Assembly (NCBI GenBank): GCA_040904565.1
Contig: JBBDTI010000072.1
Span: 73,122-91,926 of the forward strand
DNA from: Rhodothermales bacterium
GTDB taxonomy: Bacteria; Bacteroidota; Rhodothermia; Rhodothermales; VXPQ01
Reading direction: 5' to 3'
Length of the DNA stretch: 18,805 nucleotides
The notes under the pieces were generated by a model, which was not told the origin of the DNA, did no database searches, and was given only the letters and a program-made list of their open reading frames with translations. Positions 8,551 through 17,732 of the stretch are shown here, piece after piece. A program made the translations under genes and the position numbers. Each line of letters begins with the position of its first letter. Position 1 is the first letter of the stretch.

Positions 8551-8874
8551 CGTTCGGGCACCGATCCGGCAGACTCTGGACCGGTTCTTCCTGATGGGTC
8601 GGATCGGGCGGTCGGATCTATGTGGGCTCGAGGACGTATTCCCGCATCCTGAAGCGAACGACCATCCTCTAACGAACGATCGCTGTATCCGTCCGCCGTC
8701 CCACTATCGCGGCGGGCTCGTCTCAAAACGATACGTCCACCGACGAGCGTTGACGGGAAATCCGCTCATCCCCACCCAACTGCGGATTCCCCTCCTGCAC
8801 TCGACGCATTCTGACCTGATCGGGAGCCCTTTACGCGGGACCCGCGGCTTAAATAGTACGCCTCTCTCCTATTT

Positions 8875-8891
8875 AGGCATGCTTGTTGTGG
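8875..8891 (+). promoter_or_regulatory. Putative sigma54-like promoter upstream of the usher
   Basis: AGGCATGCTTGTTGTGG has GG-N10-GT spacing and ends 30 bp before ATG 8922. Confidence 0.35.
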
Positions 8892-11627
8892 TCGGTTGTC
8901 GAGACCAGAACCTCGTGCCAGATGTCCACCATCCCCGACCGAATACCGACCCGCTCACATCCCGTGAGCCTCCGGCAGCGCCTGACCCGCGCCTCCCTGG
9001 CATTGGTCTACCTGCTCGTCGGTTTTGGATCGGATGAGGTCGTTGCCCAGGAAGCCCAGCCGGCAGACGATCTGATGGAGGTCTTCTGGGAGTTCCGGTA
9101 CTCCGGGGGCGTCAATACGGTGATCGAGTCGCGCTACGACGGGCAGCGGTTCTACATCTCCATGGGCGACCTATTCGGCGCCCTCCAGGTGAATATCGTT
9201 CAGGAGCCGTCTCAAAACATGGTGCACGGCTTTTTCGTGGATACGAGCCGCCCGTACGAGATCGATTTCAATGCGGGGCGGATGCTGCTCGGCAACACGG
9301 AAATCCGCTTTGATTCCACGGATTTCGTCAGGGAAGAACTCGGCTACTTCCTGGAGCTGAGTCTCTACGAACCGCTGTTCGATATGACGATCACGCTCGA
9401 TGAGCGTAACCTGAGTATGTCGCTTACGACGCCGGACGAGATGCCGGTGGTCGCGGAGGCCCGGCGCCGGGCCAACCGCGTCATCCGAGAGGAGCAGACG
9501 TTCCTGCAGCGCAACGCTCCGCTGCTATTCGACCGCGATCGATCCGTCGCCAGCGGCGGGGTCGTCGGCTATCGTATGTCGACCCAGATGACGGGGACAT
9601 CTCCTCGAGCGTCCTTGAACCTGCGCGGCGGCGGGGAGCTCCTGGGAGGCGACCTGGAACTCGGCCTCAGTGGTAATTACGCCACGGTGGTGACCAGTGG
9701 AGAGTCCTTCAACTTCGACGTCGACTCGTGGCGGTGGCGCTACGTTACACGCAACCTTCCGGCACTTCGGCAGGCACAGGTAGGTGAGCTTTCGTCGGAT
9801 GGACTGCGCTCGTTCTCGTATCGCGGTGCGCGCATATCGAACGATCCGGTCGACGTGCAGCGCTTCTTCGGCTCGTATCCCATGCGCATCGAGTCCGAGC
9901 CGGGCTGGGAGGTCGAAATCTACCTCAACAACCAGCTCATCGACGTCCAGCAGAGCGACGCGACGGGCGTCGTCAATTTCTCCGTGCCGATTACGTATGG
10001 TTCGACATCGGTGACCGTCCGCGAGTACGGACCTACGGGCGAGTATCGAGAATCGCAGCGCCGCATCCAGGTACCGTTCACCTTCGTCCCTCCTGGAGAG
10101 GTCCGCTACAACCTCTTTGCGGGCCAGGCGCTCAATGGCGACAGGGAGCTGGTACAGGCGACGACCTCGATCGGTATTACGAGCTGGCTGACGGCGAAGT
10201 GAGGATTCGATTACGTGACGGCCGACGAATCGAGACCGGGCGAGGAACTCGCCAATCTGTCCTGGGGATCGGTATCGGCCCGCATCGGGCCGTCCTACAT
10301 TTTTACCGTACGAGCGGCCCCCGGCGCGCTCTACAGTGCATCGGCCAACGCCTTCTTCCCGTCGCTGGCTTCGTTCGCTCTCAACTTTACCCAGTACGAG
10401 GAGAATCGCATCTACAATCAGTCCGGGCGGCAGCACGAATCCCGCGCCACGATGAATCTGCCGCTGCGGCTGGGTTCTCTACCGGTGAATCTGCGCACGA
10501 CGGTGAGCGAGCGGATGGACGGCAATGATACCTTCGCATTCACCGGGCAGCAGAACGTGACGTTCAATCCGGGCGTCTTCCGGCTGGACTTAGGGTTTCG
10601 CGGTGACGCCCGGTATATCAACGAAGCGCTGGTACCCTCGAGCATGCGGTTCGAGCCGCGCCTTGGCTATTCCTTCGCGCGCGGCAGCGGCGTTCCGCGT
10701 CCGCTGCGTGGTCTGCTTCTCTCCGTCCGCTCCAGTTACGACGTCAGGGACAGCGACTTTCTGAGTCTCACCGCGAATTTCTCGCGGCGCATCGGCGGCA
10801 GTCTTCGGCTGCAAACGGACATCGGGCAGCAGTTTCAGCGAAATGAGACGACATTCACCGTACGGTTGTCGATGGACCTGAACTCGATCCGAACGACGAC
10901 CGGCGCGCGTATCCGTACGGCCAACGCGCCCTCCTTTACGCAAGACGTGAGCGGAGCACTGAGCTACGATACGGCTTCCGGCCGCCTGGCCGTATCCAAC
11001 CGCGACTGGGTCGGGCGCTCGGCCGCGACGATCCGCATGTTCGTCGATTACAACGGGAACGACCGGCACGACGAAGACGAACCTATCATCGAGAACGGCG
11101 GGGTATCCTTCCGACGCGCCGTATCGACGCAGCGCGGTCCGGACGGGCACCTCCTCGTCTACAATCTGCAGGCCTACGAGCAGTACAATCTGACCGTCGA
11201 CCAGAGCCGCATCCGGAATCCGTTCTGGGTGCCCAAGATGGAGGAGTTCTCGTTCGTGACGGATCCGAACGTGCACAAGCTGATCGAAATCCCCTTTCTC
11301 GTTACGGGTGAGGTATCGGGGTCCGTGCTTCGCGAAGGGGACGCCGGGCTCCGGGCCGTACCCGGACTCCGGCTGCACGTCGAGCAGATCGACGGCACGC
11401 AGTCCTATGAGGAGCCCGTCTTCTCGGACGGATCGTTCTACAAGCTGGGCATTCTTCCTGGCTCGTATCGGGCCTGGGTAGACTCTTCGCAGACACAGAT
11501 ACTCGGCGTGACGTCGGATCCCCCGGTGCAGGAATTCACCGTCGCGCCGTCGGAGATGGGGGATTCCGTCGATGGGATCGATTTCGTCCTGCGCCAGCCG
11601 GATGCCGACGAGGCCGAAGACGGCGAG

Positions 11628-11702
11628 CCGGCAGATGACGCGCCCGAAGACGCCCCTCCGGCAGACGAGGCGCCTGAAGATGCCGCCCCGGCAGACGACG
11701 CG
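11628..11702 (+). repeat. Intragenic 30-bp tandem repeat (2.5 copies) encoding an acidic PADDAPEDAP linker
   Basis: Units beginning ccggcaga start at 11628, 11658 and 11688 and encode PADDAPEDAP / PADEAPEDAA / PADDA. Confidence 0.85.
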
Positions 11703-11723
11703 GATGCGGCCGATTCGGGCCCG

Positions 11724-11882
11724 TACGTGGTCGAGGAGGGACTCGAAGGATTCGAGGGACTCCGCGAGATCGCACGTCGGGTGTACGGCGACACCTCGCT
11801 GTGGCCGAAGATCTGGCTGGCGAACACGGACCTGCTCGACGATCCGAGCGATCTGACGGCCGGGATGGAACTCGTGATTCCG
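11724..11882 (+). other. LysM-like peptidoglycan-binding domain at the usher C-terminus
   Basis: YVVEEG....GLREIARRVYGDTSLWPKIWLANTDLLDDPSDLTAGMELVIP follows the LysM pattern YxVxxGDTLxxIAxxxYGxxxxWxxIxxANxxxxxxPxxLxxGxxLxIP. Confidence 0.85.
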
Positions 11883-11972
11883 GAGCAGGCACCGCTTACG
11901 CCGATCGAGCGTGCGGCCGGTGCAGGATACGAAGCCGAGCTCGAGACGGACGCGCCTGACGACGAATAGGCC

Positions 11973-13670
11973 CTACCGCCGCTCCATCAGCTCGCGGGCG
12001 CTTTTCAGGGCAGCGTCGGTGATCTCGGCGCCGCTCATCAGGCTGGCCACGTGCTCGGCACGCATCTGGTCGGACAGCCGACGGATCCGCGTCTTCGTCC
12101 GACCGTCCTCGACGTGCTTTTCGACGAGGAAATGGACGTCGCCCCGCGCGGCGATCTGCGGCAGATGCGTGATGGCGATGATCTGATGGCTGGAGGCGAG
12201 TTCGTGCATCGCCCGGCCGACCTTGCCGGCCACCGCCCCGGAGATGCCCACGTCGATCTCGTCGAAGACGAGAATGGGAAACTGCTCGCTCTTGGCCAGG
12301 ATGCTCTTCAGGGCCAGCATGATGCGGCTGATTTCACCGCCCGACGCCACTTTGGCGAGCGGGCGCGGCTCCTCGCCGAGATTCGTCGAGATGTAAAACT
12401 CTACCCGATCCATTCCCGCCTCGTAGGCCGCGGCTCGGCGTCCATCCTCCAGTCGTATCCAGCCGTCTTCCCTCAGGTCGACGTCGAACGTCACGCGAAA
12501 GCGGCAGTCCGGCATGCCCAGCCGAGCGCACTCCTCCTCGACGGCCTTCTCGATCCGTCCAGCCACCTCCTGCCGCCGCTCGCTGAGCTGGAGGGCGGCC
12601 TCCGAGAGTGATTCCCGGGCCGCGTCGATCTCGCCGGTCAGCCGCTCCAGCTCTCTGTCAAAATTCTGCGCCGTTTCGTACACCTCGCCGATTTCCCGAC
12701 GGTGTTCCAGCACGGCGTCCAGCGTGCCGCCGTACTTCCGCTTGAGTCGTTCGAGCTCGCTGACCCGCGACCTGATCTCGTCCAGTCGTTCGGGATTAAA
12801 CTCGACGTCCGCCCCATAATCCTGCAGGAAGGCCGCCGCCTCCGACGTGATGATGCGCGCCGAATCGATCTCTTTCAGCGTCTCCTCGAACTGCGCGTCG
12901 ATCTCCACCACCTCCCGCAGCTCGTTGTGCACCTCGACGAGCTGGTCGTGGATCGAGCGGTTTCCATCATATAGAAGTTCGTACAACCGCGTCGAAACGT
13001 CGTACAGGCGCTCGGCATTTTCCAGCACGCGCCGCTCGCCATCGAGCGTCTCCTCCTCGCCTTCCTGCGGATTGACGCGGTCGATCTCCTCGATCTGGAA
13101 ACCGTAGAGCTCCTTTTTCTCCTCTAGCTCCCGCTTCCGCGTTCGAAGCCGATTTCGGGCTTGCGTGAGTTCCGCGACCTTCGCATAGCGTTCTGCGTAC
13201 GTCCCCCGCGGTTCGTCGAGCTGCCCGAAGCTGTCCAGCAGCCCCACGTGCGTCGAGACGTCGAGGAGCGACTGATGCTCGTGCTGCCCGTGCAGGTCGA
13301 TGAGGTGAGACGCCACCTCGCGCATTACCTGCAGCGTGGCCGGCGTGTCGTTGATGAATCCACGGCTGTACGACGTGGTAATCTCGCGTCGGAGAATCAC
13401 GACGGGCTGGGGGTCGATAGCGTTCTCGTCGAGGATAGCCGCAATGGAGGGATCGTCCGCGTTCCCGAACACGCCCTCGATCACCGCCTTCGACGCCCCC
13501 GACCGCACGGTGTCCGTCGAGGCGCGCTCACCCAGGATCATTTGCAGCGCACCGACGAGAATGGATTTACCGGCACCGGTTTCGCCCGTAATAATGTTCA
13601 GGCCCGCGTCAAACTCGACGCGGAGCTCTTCGATGAGCGCGTAATCTCGAACGTAGAGCGACCTAAGCAA
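11973..13670 (-). CDS. recN: DNA repair protein RecN
   Basis: Walker A TGETGAGKS, IDLHGQHEHQSL, coiled coil, signature ASGGEISR, Walker B VFDEIDVG and ITHLPQIAA. It is 565 aa with a TTG start. Confidence 0.97.
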   Translation of the reverse strand: MLRSLYVRDYALIEELRVEFDAGLNIITGETGAGKSILVGALQMILGERASTDTVRSGASKAVIEGVFGNADDPSIAAILDENAIDPQPVVILRREITTSYSRGFINDTPATLQVMREVASHLIDLHGQHEHQSLLDVSTHVGLLDSFGQLDEPRGTYAERYAKVAELTQARNRLRTRKRELEEKKELYGFQIEEIDRVNPQEGEEETLDGERRVLENAERLYDVSTRLYELLYDGNRSIHDQLVEVHNELREVVEIDAQFEETLKEIDSARIITSEAAAFLQDYGADVEFNPERLDEIRSRVSELERLKRKYGGTLDAVLEHRREIGEVYETAQNFDRELERLTGEIDAARESLSEAALQLSERRQEVAGRIEKAVEEECARLGMPDCRFRVTFDVDLREDGWIRLEDGRRAAAYEAGMDRVEFYISTNLGEEPRPLAKVASGGEISRIMLALKSILAKSEQFPILVFDEIDVGISGAVAGKVGRAMHELASSHQIIAITHLPQIAARGDVHFLVEKHVEDGRTKTRIRRLSDQMRAEHVASLMSGAEITDAALKSARELMERR

Positions 13671-13868
13671 GGCAGGCGAATGGATTTGAATGGGATGCCT
13701 TCAACACAAGACACATGCGCGACCGAAACGTAACGCGCGGGACGTCAGCTTCCAAGGCGCTCTACCTACTTATGCCACACCTGTTAGCCACGATGGGCGT
13801 CGGCTGGCGGATACCTCGCGGACTGCTTCGCTCGTCGGGCCTCGCGCCGCTGACCCGGCGGCTTAATC

Positions 13869-16800
13869 TTACGCCGACTCCCGCGAAAGCAGCACCCACC
13901 CTTCATCAATTTTCGGCTCGGCGTACTTGTACTTGAGCGTTTGTGTTTGTCCGGTAGCGGGATTCTGGATCGTGACCTTTTCATTGCGGCCGATCTTGTT
14001 CTCCACGACGACCGTTTCCTGCTGCGAAGACGGATCGCGTTCGGCGGATGATTGCTGTCCGCCGCCGGCCTTGACGCCGTAGGTAGGCTCCATCGAGTCG
14101 TGCTGTGTCTTGGCCCGCTTCGGGTCCAGGCGCCGCCGCGCGGCAGCCCTCTTCTTCGCCGCCTGATCGCTGACGAGCGGTCCGGCCTTATAGACGAACG
14201 AGACGACCTCTTCATTGACCGTCTCCATCATCTCGGAGAACAACTTGAAGGCCTCCATCTTGTACTCGACGAGGGGATCGCGCTGTCCGTAGGCGCGCAG
14301 CCCGATGCCCTCCTTCGTCTCATCGAGCTCGCGCAGATGCTCCGTCCACTTCTCGTCGATGATGTTGAGCATCGCCGTACGCTCGAGCGTGTCGTTAATA
14401 ATGCGCCCTTCCGTGCCGAGAGCCTCTTCCACCTTCACGACGGCCCGCAGAAGGCGCCGGCCGTTCGTGAAGTCCACGAACACGCGGCTGGGGCGCTTGT
14501 CCTCGTCCTGCTCCATGACCTGCTTCATGCCCTCGTGGAACGGCAGGGCGAGGGCCTCGCGCTTCCTGCGATAGAACTTCAGCGCTTCGTCATAGACGAG
14601 CTGACCGACGCCGTCCTCACCGAGGGCGACGAATCGCTCGCGCTCCAGATCGAATTCGAACGCCAGCTTCCGGAGCACCTCCTCGTGGAGCTCGTCCAGA
14701 TTGCCGGCACCGTAATGCTTCTCGACGATCTCGGCGATGACCTCCTGCAGCATTTCGAGGATCTCCCCGTGGAACCGGTCGCCCTTCAGGGCATGCAGGC
14801 GATGGTCGTAGATCACCTGCCGCTGCGCGTTCAGCACATCGTCGTATTCGAGCTGGCGCTTGCGTATCGCGAAATTATTCTGCTCGACCTTCTTCTGCGC
14901 TCGGGTGATGCTCTTGTTGACCCAGGGATGCGTGATCACGGCGCCCTCTTCGAGGTTGAGGCGATCCATGACTTTCGAGACGCGGTCCGATCCGAAGAGG
15001 CGCATCAGATCGTCTTCCAGGGACACGTAGAACTGGCTTTCTCCGGGATCCCCCTGACGGCCCGCGCGGCCGCGCAGCTGGAGGTCGATGCGGCGGCTTT
15101 CGTGCCGTTCCGTACCCAGAATGGCGAGTCCGCCTACCTCACGCACCCCCTCGGCGAGCTTGATGTCCGTACCGCGACCGGCCATATTCGTCGCAATCGT
15201 GACGGCGCCTATCCGTCCGGCTTCGGCCACGATGTCGGCCTCCGCCTTGGCCCGATCGCGCCGCGCGTTGAGCACGTTGTGCTTAATGCCCGCGCGCTGC
15301 AGCATGCGCGAGAGCGTCTCCGAAACCTCCACGGACGTCGTACCGACCAGGACGGGCTGTCCCGTCTCGTTGTATTCCGAGATCTTCTCGATGGCGGCGC
15401 GGAATTTCTCGCGGCGCGATTTGAATACGAGATCGTCCTTGTCGTCGCGTACGATCGGCTTATTGGTCGGCACGACGACGACGTCGATTTCGTAGATCTT
15501 CCAGAACTCCTCCGCTTCCGTTTCAGCGGTGCCGGTCATGCCGGACAGCTTGTTGTAGAGACGGAAGTAATTTTGCAGGGTGATGGTGGCATAGGTCTGC
15601 GTGGCCGCCTGAACCTGCACGTCCTCCTTCGCCTCGATCGCCTGGTGGAGACCGTCCGAGTACCGGCGGCCCGACAGCACGCGCCCGGTGTGTTCGTCCA
15701 CGATCTGGACGCGTCCTTCCTGTACGATATATTCTTTGTCCTTCTCGTACAGCGTATAGGCCTTCAGCAGCTGTTCGATGGCGTGCAGCCGCACGGCGCG
15801 CTCGGAGTACAGGTTATAGAGCTGACGCTTCGCCTCCTCTTCCTCTTTCTCGAGGAGGCGGGTGTCGTTCATCAGCTTGTTTTCCTTCTTTTCCTCGTCG
15901 AGCGAATCGTCGGATTCAATCACTTCCTCGAGCTCTCGGCGCTTCCGGGCGTATTCGGCCTCGATCGACGCGATCTCCTCACCCATGTCGGGCAGCACGA
16001 AGAGATCCTCGTCCTCCCCGGCCGAGCGCGCGGCAAATTCTCGGCCTTTTTCCGTCAGCTCGATCGCGTGCTGCTTCTCCTCCAGGGCGAAGTACATGGC
16101 GTCGTCCACGTACGGCATGTTCTTCGCGTTGTCCTGCAGGTAGAAGAACTCCGTCTTCCGGAGCAGCTGCCCGACGCCGGGCTCTTGCAGGAGCTTCTGC
16201 AGCTTCTTATTGCGCGGGAAACCGCGCGAGGCGCGGAGGAGCGCCAGTCCGGCTTTATCCTCCAGCCCGCCGGCGTGCTTGCGATCCCCCGCTTCGAGCG
16301 CTTCATCCCGCTCCTTCAGCTTCTGCTCGGCCTCGCTGGCAAAGCTGGCGACGATCTTCTGCTGTGCGTAAACCAGGTTTTCGATGGTCGGCTTGAGCTC
16401 CTTGAACCGGTCGTCGTCGGACTCCGGCACCGGTCCCGAGATGATGAGCGGCGTACGCGCCTCGTCGATCAGGACGGAGTCGACCTCATCGACGATAGCG
16501 AAGTGGTGCTCGCGCTGGACGAGCTGTTCCGGCTCGACGACAAACGAGTTATCGCGGAGATAATCGAAGCCGAATTCGTTGTTCGTGCCGTACGTGATGT
16601 CGGCCCGGTACGCTTTGCGACGTCCCTCGGAATGCGGATCGTACCTGTCGATGATGTCGACGGTGAGGCCGTGGTACTCGAAAATCGGCCCCATCCACTC
16701 CGCATCGCGCTCCGCCAGATACGGGTTGACGGTAACGAGGTGGCAGCCGCGCCCCGCCAGCGCGTTGAGGTAGAGCGGCAGCACGGCGACGAGCGTCTTC

Positions 16801-17384
16801 CCTTCACCGGTCTTCATCTCGGCGATACGACCCTGGTGCAGCACGACGCCGCCGAGCAGCTGCACGTCGTACGGAACCATGTCCCACTCCACGAGGGAGC
16901 CGCCCGCTTCCCACTCTTCCCCCAGCATGCGACGGCACGTCTCCTTGATGACCGCAAAGGCCTCCGGGACGAGGCTATCGAGCGTCGCCTCGACCGTGTC
17001 GAGCCATTCCTCATCCAGTGCGTCGAGCTCATCGTAGAGCTCCCTGCGCTCGTTCAGTGAGAGTTCGTTATCCCCATCGTCCTGTCCGTTTTCAGGCAGC
17101 GCCGGTGCCTGGCCGTCCGTCCCCTCCGACAACTCCGCGTTGAGCCCCACCGTCTCCCGCTGCCCCTCGCGGAGACGCCGATTGATTTCTGCTTGACGAG
17201 CCTCGATGTCGGCGAGGGCTTCCTGGATCCTCTGCCTGAAATCGTCCGTCTTCCCCCGGAGCTCGTCATCGGTCAGATCGGTTAGATCTTCGCAGCGCTC
17301 GTTGATCTGTTCGACGATCGGCCAGAGCTTCTTGATCTCGCGCTCGTTCTTATCGCCGAAGAGGGATTTGAAAAAGTCTATCAT
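13869..17384 (-). CDS. secA: Preprotein translocase subunit SecA
   Basis: Motifs AEMKTGEGKT, YGTNNEFGFDYLRDN, VDEVDSVLIDEARTPLIISG, ATNMAGRGTDI, GTERHESRRIDLQLRGRAGRQGDPG and QRDPLVEYK. Confidence 0.99.
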   Translation of the reverse strand: MIDFFKSLFGDKNEREIKKLWPIVEQINERCEDLTDLTDDELRGKTDDFRQRIQEALADIEARQAEINRRLREGQRETVGLNAELSEGTDGQAPALPENGQDDGDNELSLNERRELYDELDALDEEWLDTVEATLDSLVPEAFAVIKETCRRMLGEEWEAGGSLVEWDMVPYDVQLLGGVVLHQGRIAEMKTGEGKTLVAVLPLYLNALAGRGCHLVTVNPYLAERDAEWMGPIFEYHGLTVDIIDRYDPHSEGRRKAYRADITYGTNNEFGFDYLRDNSFVVEPEQLVQREHHFAIVDEVDSVLIDEARTPLIISGPVPESDDDRFKELKPTIENLVYAQQKIVASFASEAEQKLKERDEALEAGDRKHAGGLEDKAGLALLRASRGFPRNKKLQKLLQEPGVGQLLRKTEFFYLQDNAKNMPYVDDAMYFALEEKQHAIELTEKGREFAARSAGEDEDLFVLPDMGEEIASIEAEYARKRRELEEVIESDDSLDEEKKENKLMNDTRLLEKEEEEAKRQLYNLYSERAVRLHAIEQLLKAYTLYEKDKEYIVQEGRVQIVDEHTGRVLSGRRYSDGLHQAIEAKEDVQVQAATQTYATITLQNYFRLYNKLSGMTGTAETEAEEFWKIYEIDVVVVPTNKPIVRDDKDDLVFKSRREKFRAAIEKISEYNETGQPVLVGTTSVEVSETLSRMLQRAGIKHNVLNARRDRAKAEADIVAEAGRIGAVTIATNMAGRGTDIKLAEGVREVGGLAILGTERHESRRIDLQLRGRAGRQGDPGESQFYVSLEDDLMRLFGSDRVSKVMDRLNLEEGAVITHPWVNKSITRAQKKVEQNNFAIRKRQLEYDDVLNAQRQVIYDHRLHALKGDRFHGEILEMLQEVIAEIVEKHYGAGNLDELHEEVLRKLAFEFDLERERFVALGEDGVGQLVYDEALKFYRRKREALALPFHEGMKQVMEQDEDKRPSRVFVDFTNGRRLLRAVVKVEEALGTEGRIINDTLERTAMLNIIDEKWTEHLRELDETKEGIGLRAYGQRDPLVEYKMEAFKLFSEMMETVNEEVVSFVYKAGPLVSDQAAKKRAAARRRLDPKRAKTQHDSMEPTYGVKAGGGQQSSAERDPSSQQETVVVENKIGRNEKVTIQNPATGQTQTLKYKYAEPKIDEGWVLLSRESA

Positions 17385-17732
17385 ATCGTGCGGCTATCCT
17401 GAATACAACGTACCGGGCCCGGTCGCCGGAAGATGGGTCGATTGGCGGCAGGCAGAAACCCACACTTATCGGCCGTGATTCTCACGCCACGAAGGGGGAT
17501 CCGTTCCCCGCGACCGCCTGCACGCCGCTCAAAAACGATGCCTCGGTGTGATGAAACCGGTATTCATGCCAATTCGGCGTCTGAACGCGCGCTGCTCGAC
17601 CGAACCATGTGACGATCCCGCAGTATAGAGGGAGCCGCGGCCTTTAGGGGCGTCGAACCGATGCGTAACATACGTTGTGCCGTCGGATTCTTTCTCGAAG
17701 CACTTGTGGCAACCTTCCTCGTAGCCTTCACC

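Larger units (their letters stand above)
8922..11969 (+). pseudogene. Outer-membrane usher-like protein with C-terminal LysM domain, interrupted by one in-frame TGA (fragments 8922-10202 and 10215-11969)
   Basis: Both ORF-track fragments are in the same frame, joined as ...SWLTAK*GFDYVT.... It has a signal peptide, a plug-like segment GWEVEIYLNNQLID...PITYGSTSVTVREYGPTG, many amphipathic beta strands, C-terminal Ig/carboxypeptidase-regulatory-like segments (FVDYNGN; GEVSGSV...SDGSFYKLGILPGSY), an acidic linker and LysM. It may be an intact gene with a sequencing error. Confidence 0.7.

Noticed and set aside
8551-8921. ORF 8594-9037 or a structured ncRNA in the chaperone-usher gap
   Set aside because: The ORF has no signal peptide or motif and overlaps the usher start. 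Only a loose inverted repeat (CCGATCCG 8561 / CGGATCGG 8600) is visible, which is too little to call an RNA or terminator.
10200-10202. Genome-wide TGA reassignment (genetic code 4/25)
   Set aside because: TGA terminates the phosphohexomutase, the 5166 pilin and porQ at their expected ends, and Trp is encoded by TGG throughout.
4004-11972. Pilus locus as a mobile element or genomic island
   Set aside because: No integrase, transposase, tRNA or flanking direct repeats are seen, and most of its genes look similar in composition to the neighbours.
13846-13862. GCCGC/GCGGC hairpin after the secA stop as a terminator
   Set aside because: The stem is only 5 bp and has no U-tract on the secA strand.
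14052-17060. 1002-aa plus-strand ORF
   Set aside because: It is the antisense shadow of secA, expected from high-GC codon bias, and has no recognisable motifs.
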